Position numbers and translations under genes: made by a program | Shown here: one piece after another, positions 23,837 through 29,694 of the stretch | How the letters are laid out: every line of letters starts with the position of its first letter | Position numbering within the stretch: position 1 is the first letter of the stretch | The notes under the pieces: generated by a model | Told to the model about the DNA's origin: nothing | Databases searched by the model: none | The model's input: the letters and a program-made list of their open reading frames with translations, nothing else | NCBI GenBank assembly: GCA_050950425.1 | Contig: JBMNHO010000002.1 | Span: forward strand, 769,483 to 801,482 | Direction of reading: 5' to 3' | DNA length: 32,000 nt | Source: Oscillospiraceae bacterium | Lineage (GTDB): Bacteria > Bacillota > Clostridia > Oscillospirales > Oscillospiraceae

Positions 23837-24982
23837 ATGACAAACGTGTTCCTTGTGCGCCACGGCGAGGCGGAGGGCAACCTTTACCGCCGCATCCATG
23901 GCCATTATAACAGCACCATTACAACCAACGGCCTGCAGCAGCTGGAGGCGCTGCAAAAGCGGTTTGCCCCCATCCATTTGGATGCCGCGTATTCCAGCGA
24001 CCTGTACCGGGCGCGGAGAACGGCCGAGGCCGTCTGCAAGCCAAAGGGTTTGGCGGTTCAGCTGGACCCCCGCCTACGGGAGGTCAGCATGGGCGAATGG
24101 GAGGACCGACCCTGGGCGGACGTGGCCCGGACAGACCAGGAGCAGGCTCTTAATTTCAGCAAGCGACATTTGGAGTGGCGTGTCACTGGGTCGGAAGGCT
24201 ACCAAAAGGCGGCCGACCGCTTTGCAAAAGCCGTGCTGGAGCACGCCGCCGCCCACGACGGGCAGACCATCGCCATTTTTGCCCACGGGTCTGTCATCCG
24301 CACTTTTTTGTGCCTCGCAAACGGTCTCCCTCTGACAGAGATGAGCCAAATTCGTCACAGCGACAACACCGGCGTTTCCCTGCTGGAAATCGAAGGAGAT
24401 CAAATTCGCTCCGTGTATGAAAACGACAACTCTCACCTTCCCCCCGACATCAGCACATTGGCCCGTCAGTCTTGGTGGAAAAAGCACCAGACAGGGGCAG
24501 ACCCCTGCCTTTGGTTCCGCCCCATTGACTTTGAAACGGAAAGTGAATTATATATCACCGCCCGAAAGGACACCTGGTTTTCTCTTTACCGGGACCTGAA
24601 GGGCTTTGACGGCGAGGGCTTTTTGCAGGAAGCCAAGGAAGCAGTGGCGGCGGAGCCGCGCTCTGTGTTTGTGGGCATGCTGGAGGACTCTGTGGCCGGT
24701 ATTTTGCAGCTGGAATTTCGGGAGGGGCGTTCCGACGACACCCTTTGGATTCCCTTTTATTACATGCTGCCTGACTTTCGAAGCCGAAACATCGGCGTGC
24801 AGCTGCTGGGTCAGGCCGTCAGCGTGTGCCGGTCGGCGGGGCGCTCCCGGCTGCGGCTGCGGGTTTCCACCGTCAACACCCATGCCATTTATTTTTATGA
24901 AAAATATGGATTCCGCTCCATCGGCGAAGAGCCGGGCCATTTCGTTCCGCTCAAGATCATGGAAAAATATATTGGATACTAA
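23837..24982 (+). CDS. Fusion protein: histidine phosphatase (phosphoglycerate-mutase superfamily) domain + GNAT N-acetyltransferase domain
   Basis: N-terminal LVRHGEAEGN...SDLYRARRTAE...FAHGSVIR (RHG/H catalytic pattern). C-terminal RSRNIGVQLLGQAV ... AIYFYEKYGF (GNAT motif A and beta-bulge region). Confidence 0.75.
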   Translation: MTNVFLVRHGEAEGNLYRRIHGHYNSTITTNGLQQLEALQKRFAPIHLDAAYSSDLYRARRTAEAVCKPKGLAVQLDPRLREVSMGEWEDRPWADVARTDQEQALNFSKRHLEWRVTGSEGYQKAADRFAKAVLEHAAAHDGQTIAIFAHGSVIRTFLCLANGLPLTEMSQIRHSDNTGVSLLEIEGDQIRSVYENDNSHLPPDISTLARQSWWKKHQTGADPCLWFRPIDFETESELYITARKDTWFSLYRDLKGFDGEGFLQEAKEAVAAEPRSVFVGMLEDSVAGILQLEFREGRSDDTLWIPFYYMLPDFRSRNIGVQLLGQAVSVCRSAGRSRLRLRVSTVNTHAIYFYEKYGFRSIGEEPGHFVPLKIMEKYIGY

Positions 24983-25003
24983 ATCGGATGTGAAGAGGTT
25001 GTT

Positions 25004-27055
25004 ATGAACGATTGGTTTTTGCCCGCCTCCAAAGAAGAGCTGGAAGCGTGCTCCTGGTATTATTATGATTTTCTCTTGGTCACCGGGGACGCATACGTGG
25101 ACCATCCCGCCTTCGGCACCGCGGTCATCGGCCGGGTGCTGGAAGCGGAGGGGTTTCGAGTGGCCGTTTTGGCCCAGCCGGACTGGAAAAGCACAACAGA
25201 CTTTCTCTCCATGGGCCGCCCGCGGTACGGCGTGATGATCAACGGGGGCAATTTGGACTCGATGGTGGCCCACTACACCGCCGCCAAAAAGCCCCGGCGC
25301 GTCGACCCATACAGCCCCGGCGGAAAAACCGGGCTTCGCCCCGACCGGGCGACCATTGTCTATGCCAACCGGGCCCGGGAGGCGTTCCCGGGCCTGCCCG
25401 TCATCATCGGCGGTCTGGAGGCGTCTTTGCGAAGGTTTGCCCATTATGACTATTGGGAGGACAAGGTGCGCCGCAGCATTTTGTTTGACGCCCAGGCCGA
25501 TCTTTTGGTTTACGGCATGGGGGAATACGCCAGCCGGCAAATTGCCCGCCGCCTTGCCAGCGAAGAGCCCGTCTCCCAACTGACCGACATTCGCGGCACC
25601 TGCTACGGGGCGAAAGACACCTCCGGCTGCCCCTTTCCCATCATCGAATGCGGCGCGTTTGAGCTGGTCTCGCAACATAAGCGGGAGTACGCCTCCGCCA
25701 ACCAAATGCAGTACCAAGAGCACGACCCCGTCCGTGGCCGGGCCATCATGCAGCGCCACGGCATGTCCCTTCTCATCGTGAATCCGCCGGCCATGCCCCT
25801 GACCACGGAAGATCTGGACGCCGTGGCCGAGCTGCCTTATCAGCGAGAACCCCACCCCATGTACGATGCCAAAGGCGGCGTTGCCTCCATTGAAGAGGTT
25901 CGGTTCTCCGTGATCCACAACAGGGGCTGCTTCGGCGCCTGCAACTTCTGTTCTCTGGCCTTTCACCAGGGCAGGATGGTCACCTCCCGCAGCCACGAAT
26001 CCGTCATCCGGGAAGTCACTGCCATGACCCGGCATCCCCTCTTCAAGGGGTACGTCCACGATGTGGGCGGGCCCACGGCGAACTTTCGCCATCCCTCCTG
26101 TAAAAAGCAGCTGGAACAGGGGCTTTGCAGGGATCGGGCCTGTCTCGCCCCCACTCCCTGCCCCAATCTGGACGGGGACCATTCCGACTATCTCGCGCTG
26201 CTGCGAAAGCTGCGGGAGATCCCCGGGGTGAAAAAGGTGTTTATCCGCTCGGGCATCCGGTTCGACTATATGCTGTGCGACCAAGAGGGGGCGTTTTTTG
26301 CCGAGTTGGTGCGCCATCACGTCAGCGGCCAGCTAAAGGTGGCGCCGGAGCACACGGTCGATTCCGTTCTGGATTACATGGGTAAGCCCCACCACCATGT
26401 CTATGAAACCTTCAGCGCCAAATATAAAAAGCTGAACCAGCGGTATGAAAAAGAGCAATATTTGGTGCCTTATTTGATGTCCTCCCACCCCGGCGCTACC
26501 CTGGCGGACGCCGTCTCTCTGGCGGAATATTTGAACCGCTCGGGCTACCGCCCCGAGCAAGTGCAGGATTTTTACCCCACCCCCGGCACCCTTTCCACCT
26601 GCATGTATTACACCGGCATTGACCCGCGCACCATGGAGCCGGTCTATGTCCCTCGCTCGCCCCACGAAAAGTCTCTCCAGCGGGCGCTGCTCCAATGGCG
26701 GCGGCCGGAGTTTCGAAGGCTGGTGATCGAGGCGCTCCAAAAAGCCGGGCGGGACGACCTCATCGGGTTCGGCAAGCAATGCCTGATCCGGCCGGGCAGC
26801 GGCGCTCCCGACCAAAAACCGGGCCTTTCAAAGCAGAAAGGGCGAAAAAAGGCCTCTTCCCCCGCCGGCCGGGAAAGGCAATCCGCCGGGCGGGAAAAGC
26901 CGGCGGGAAAACAGGAGAAACAGAGGGCGAAGGGGAAAAAGCAGACCCCTTCTTACGGAAAACAAACCCCAAAACAGCAAAGCCGCTCCCCCCGCTCCGG
27001 AGCGCAACCCCCAAAACATTTTAAAAAACCTTCTTCTCTTTCGTCCGGCCGTTAA
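25004..27055 (+). CDS. ygiQ: YgiQ-family (UPF0313) radical SAM protein with a Lys/Gln/Pro-rich basic C-terminal tail
   Basis: YDFLLVTGDAYVDHPAFG, the radical-SAM CFGACNFC motif, GQLKVAPEH. The last roughly 80 aa are a low-complexity basic tail. Confidence 0.85.
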   Translation: MNDWFLPASKEELEACSWYYYDFLLVTGDAYVDHPAFGTAVIGRVLEAEGFRVAVLAQPDWKSTTDFLSMGRPRYGVMINGGNLDSMVAHYTAAKKPRRVDPYSPGGKTGLRPDRATIVYANRAREAFPGLPVIIGGLEASLRRFAHYDYWEDKVRRSILFDAQADLLVYGMGEYASRQIARRLASEEPVSQLTDIRGTCYGAKDTSGCPFPIIECGAFELVSQHKREYASANQMQYQEHDPVRGRAIMQRHGMSLLIVNPPAMPLTTEDLDAVAELPYQREPHPMYDAKGGVASIEEVRFSVIHNRGCFGACNFCSLAFHQGRMVTSRSHESVIREVTAMTRHPLFKGYVHDVGGPTANFRHPSCKKQLEQGLCRDRACLAPTPCPNLDGDHSDYLALLRKLREIPGVKKVFIRSGIRFDYMLCDQEGAFFAELVRHHVSGQLKVAPEHTVDSVLDYMGKPHHHVYETFSAKYKKLNQRYEKEQYLVPYLMSSHPGATLADAVSLAEYLNRSGYRPEQVQDFYPTPGTLSTCMYYTGIDPRTMEPVYVPRSPHEKSLQRALLQWRRPEFRRLVIEALQKAGRDDLIGFGKQCLIRPGSGAPDQKPGLSKQKGRKKASSPAGRERQSAGREKPAGKQEKQRAKGKKQTPSYGKQTPKQQSRSPRSGAQPPKHFKKPSSLSSGR

Positions 27056-27061
27056 GCTGCT

Positions 27062-27108
27062 GAGAAAGGGTCTTTTGGCCATGCGCCAAAAGACCCTTTC
27101 TCTTTTTT
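27062..27108 (+). terminator. Rho-independent terminator after ygiQ
   Basis: GAGAAAGGGTCTTTTGGC-catgc-GCCAAAAGACCCTTTCTC followed by T6. Confidence 0.85.
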
Positions 27109-27122
27109 GTGCGAAATCCCAT

Positions 27123-27152
27123 GTGTAGAAACAACAGACAAAGGGCATAATA
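27123..27152 (+). promoter_or_regulatory. Forespore-type (sigma-F/sigma-G-like) promoter candidate upstream of sigG
   Basis: GTGTA (27123-27127), 18 nt, CATAATA (27146-27152), compared with the Bacillus consensus GHATR-18-CATnnTA. One mismatch in the -35 element. Confidence 0.4.
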
Positions 27153-27223
27153 CTCGTGTTCCGATCACTTCTCTTTCCTGCAGCTGGATCCATTGCTACA
27201 TACCAGTTGATGGGAGTGACGAT

Positions 27224-28000
27224 ATGGGATACAACGGAAAAGTAGAAATCAGCGGCATAAACACCTCACATCTTACGGTACTCAAACGAGAAGAAGCAAA
27301 AGAACTTTTCTTGAAAGCGAAAGAGGGAGATGAAGATGCCCGGCAAAAGCTGATTCAAGGAAACTTGAGACTGGTTCTCAGCGTCATCAAAAAATTTGAG
27401 AACCGAAATGAAAATATTGACGATTTATTTCAAGTGGGCTGTATCGGGCTCATCAAGGGAATTGATAATTTTGACACCAGCTTAAATGTACTTCCCAGCA
27501 CCTATTTGGTCCCCATGATCATCGGAGAAATCCGTCGCTACTTGCGGGACAACAGCACCATACGGGTCAGCCGCTCCATGCGGGACACCGCCTACAGGGT
27601 TTTGCAGGCCAAGGAGCGGCTCATGGGGCAAAACCAAAAAGAACCCACCATCGACGAGTTGGCAAAAGACATTGGCATCCCCCGGGAGGACGTTGTGTTC
27701 GCGCTGGATGCGATTTTAGACCCCGTCTCCCTTTATGAGCCAGTGTATTCTGATGGCGGAGACGCCCTTTATGTGATGGATCAGGTGCGGGACCGGAAAA
27801 ACACAGATGAACACTGGCTGGAGCAAATCGCGCTGAAAGAGGCCATTTCCCATCTGGGCGACCGGGAACGGCACATTCTCTCCCTTCGTTTTTATGAAGG
27901 GAAAACGCAAATGGAGGTTTCCGCGGAGGTCGGAATCTCCCAGGCGCAGGTATCTCGCCTGGAGAAAAGCGCCCTTTCCTCGATTCGAAAGAAAATGTGA
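27224..28000 (+). CDS. sigG: RNA polymerase sporulation sigma factor sigma-G
   Basis: N-terminal NGKVEISGINTSHLTVLKREEAKELF is the SigG signature. Regions 2-4 are present (NLRLVLSVIKKF, IGLIKGIDNFD, ISQAQVSRLEK). GGGAG RBS. Confidence 0.85.
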   Translation: MGYNGKVEISGINTSHLTVLKREEAKELFLKAKEGDEDARQKLIQGNLRLVLSVIKKFENRNENIDDLFQVGCIGLIKGIDNFDTSLNVLPSTYLVPMIIGEIRRYLRDNSTIRVSRSMRDTAYRVLQAKERLMGQNQKEPTIDELAKDIGIPREDVVFALDAILDPVSLYEPVYSDGGDALYVMDQVRDRKNTDEHWLEQIALKEAISHLGDRERHILSLRFYEGKTQMEVSAEVGISQAQVSRLEKSALSSIRKKM

Positions 28001-28001
28001 C

Positions 28002-28036
28002 AAAACCGGCGAAGGGATGCCTCTTCGCCGGTTTTA
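28002..28036 (+). terminator. Terminator hairpin after sigG
   Basis: AAAACCGGCGAAG-ggatgcct-CTTCGCCGGTTTT. Confidence 0.6.
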
Positions 28037-28097
28037 CTTGCATAGGCCAACCTTTCTTCCACATACAATAGAAAAAACGCAAAGGAGGACACAGGCC

Positions 28098-28385
28098 ATG
28101 CGATGCAGAATTTCAGATCTGCGGTGCAAAGAAGTGATCAATATCGCCACCGGCGCGCGGTTTGGATACGTCGGCGATGTGGAGCTGGACCTCGCAGACG
28201 GAAAAACGTGTGCGTTGATCGTCCCCGGCCCGACCCGTTTTTTTGGTCTGTTTGGCCGGGGGGAGGACAAAATCTTTCCGTGGGAGTGTGTCAAGCGCTT
28301 TGGCGATGACATCATTTTGGTTGAGCAGGAGATCTCCCTTTCTTCGCCGACCCGGCCGGCGAAAGAGCGCCGCCGCTGGTTTTAA
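28098..28385 (+). CDS. YlmC/YmxH-family sporulation protein (PRC-barrel)
   Basis: MRCRISDLRCKEVINIATGARFGYVGDVELDLADGK...IVPG is characteristic. AAAGGAGGA RBS 8 nt upstream. ylmC also follows sigG in Bacillus. Confidence 0.8.
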   Translation: MRCRISDLRCKEVINIATGARFGYVGDVELDLADGKTCALIVPGPTRFFGLFGRGEDKIFPWECVKRFGDDIILVEQEISLSSPTRPAKERRRWF

Positions 28386-28659
28386 CCCCGCCGTAATAGG
28401 GCAACTTCACGGCTTCTTCTGTCCCCGGCGAGGGCGCCTGGCGCCCCTCTCATGCCGCCAAAAAAGCCGGGCATTTCGCCTGGCTCCGTCGGATGGGCCA
28501 AAACCGGGGCGCAAACAGAGGGCGCCGTCTTTGGCGACAGCCCCCTCGCTCTCCTTTGTTCCAAAGGCAAGGCGGCGGCTCAAACAGCCGGCCCTCCCCC
28601 TCGCCGTTTCTGGTCGGCTTCGGGTGTTCGGTTGTATGCTCCCTTTTCCGTCCAATTCC

Positions 28660-28689
28660 TTGTCAAAACACGTTCCCCCATGGTATGAT
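28660..28689 (+). promoter_or_regulatory. Extended -10 promoter candidate for mpg
   Basis: TTGTCA (28660-28665), 18 nt, TGgTATGAT (28681-28689). Confidence 0.5.
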
Positions 28690-28725
28690 GAAACAAGCAC
28701 CGCGCGGAAGCAGAAGGAGGTATTT

Positions 28726-29343
28726 ATGGCAAAGCTGGAACAGGGCTTTTATCACAGGGAAACGTGTCTCGTTGCGGCCGAGCTTCTGGGGAAATACCTG
28801 GTGCGTCAACAAAATGAGGTGTATCTTGCCTGCCGCATCACAGAAACAGAAGCATACGTCGGGCCCATCGACAAGGCGTGTCACGCCTTCGGCAACCGGC
28901 GAACCCCCCGCACTGAAATCCTGTTCGGCCCCCCGGGATATGCTTATATTTATATGATCTACGGCATGTACCACTGTCTCAACTTTGTGACGGAACCGGA
29001 GGAAACCCCCTGCGCCGTTCTCATCCGGGGCGGCGCCCCCCGGGTCAACGGAGACCGTTTGGCCCGCAACCGGTTTGGCGTCTCTTCTTCTGACCTGAGC
29101 GCCTATCAAAAAAGGAACTTTTTAGACGGCCCGGGCAAACTCTGCCAAGCCTTTGGGCTGACAAAAGCGGAAAACGGCCTGGATCTCACCGGCGACACTC
29201 TGTTTGTCTGCGATGCGCTGGAGGATCTGGGCCTTCCCACTCCAACCGAGGATCGACTCCCCCTCACCGTCCGCACGGGAGCCCGGATCGGCATCGATTA
29301 CGCCGAGGAAGCAGCCGCGTTCCCCTGGAGGTATTTTCTATGA
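28726..29343 (+). CDS. mpg: DNA-3-methyladenine (alkylpurine) glycosylase, Mpg/AAG family
   Basis: ATG at 28726 with an AAGGAGG RBS. ITETEAYVGPIDKACHAF, GPPGYAYIYMIYGMYHCLNFV. Confidence 0.85.
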   Translation: MAKLEQGFYHRETCLVAAELLGKYLVRQQNEVYLACRITETEAYVGPIDKACHAFGNRRTPRTEILFGPPGYAYIYMIYGMYHCLNFVTEPEETPCAVLIRGGAPRVNGDRLARNRFGVSSSDLSAYQKRNFLDGPGKLCQAFGLTKAENGLDLTGDTLFVCDALEDLGLPTPTEDRLPLTVRTGARIGIDYAEEAAAFPWRYFL

Positions 29344-29555
29344 TTTTCTTCGATTTGGATGGGACGCTCATCGACTCGAACAACGTCCGGCTCCAAATCG
29401 ACCTTGTTTTTTGGCCCGGCGCCGTTTGCCTTGCACCAAGGCATATACAGACGACGTCTCTCATGCGGCTTATGAAAATGCCGCCGCCTGCGAAAGCGCG
29501 CGGCGGGCCGGAACGCGGGTCGCCGGGGTGCACGACCTTTTTTTGCGGAGTATAA
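29340..29555 (+). pseudogene. Relic of a HAD-superfamily (subfamily IA-like) phosphatase: frameshifted and internally deleted
   Basis: Starts with an intact HAD motif I (MIFFDLDGTLIDSNNV) at an ATGA overlap with mpg. After a T-run near 29408-29413 the homologous reading (LARRRLPCTKAYTDDVSHAAYENAAA, then ARRAGTRVAGVHDLF) continues in another frame. Only about 70 of the expected 215 codons remain before pcrA. Confidence 0.55.
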
Positions 29556-29694
29556 ACAAAAAATGCAGCGCATCTGCTGCCAATACATCTGCCGTTTCGG
29601 AGGGCTGCTGTAGCAAAATGCCACAGCAGCCCTTTCCTTGCAAAACCCTTGCGTTCTCAAAAGACGGCGCCGCGCCGGAACGCGGCGGCAGCGG

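Noticed and set aside
24548-26320. 590-aa ORF on the minus strand
   Set aside because: It lies entirely antisense to ygiQ, whose plus-strand product has clear family motifs. Its translation is Gly/Ala/Pro/Val-rich low-information sequence, typical of open antisense frames in GC-rich DNA.
28243-28725. N-terminal 161 codons of the 366-aa track ORF leading into mpg
   Set aside because: This part overlaps the ylmC/ymxH gene and then crosses the GC-rich spacer with Arg/Pro/Ser-rich translation. Homology to alkylpurine glycosylases begins exactly at the ATG at 28726, which has an AAGGAGG RBS and its own promoter.
29602-29640. Hairpin GGGCTGCTGT..ACAGCAGCCC between the HAD relic and pcrA, considered as a bidirectional terminator
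   Set aside because: The stem is good, but the plus-strand U-tract is weak (TTTCCTT) and there is none on the minus strand. It is plausible but not solid enough to list as a feature.
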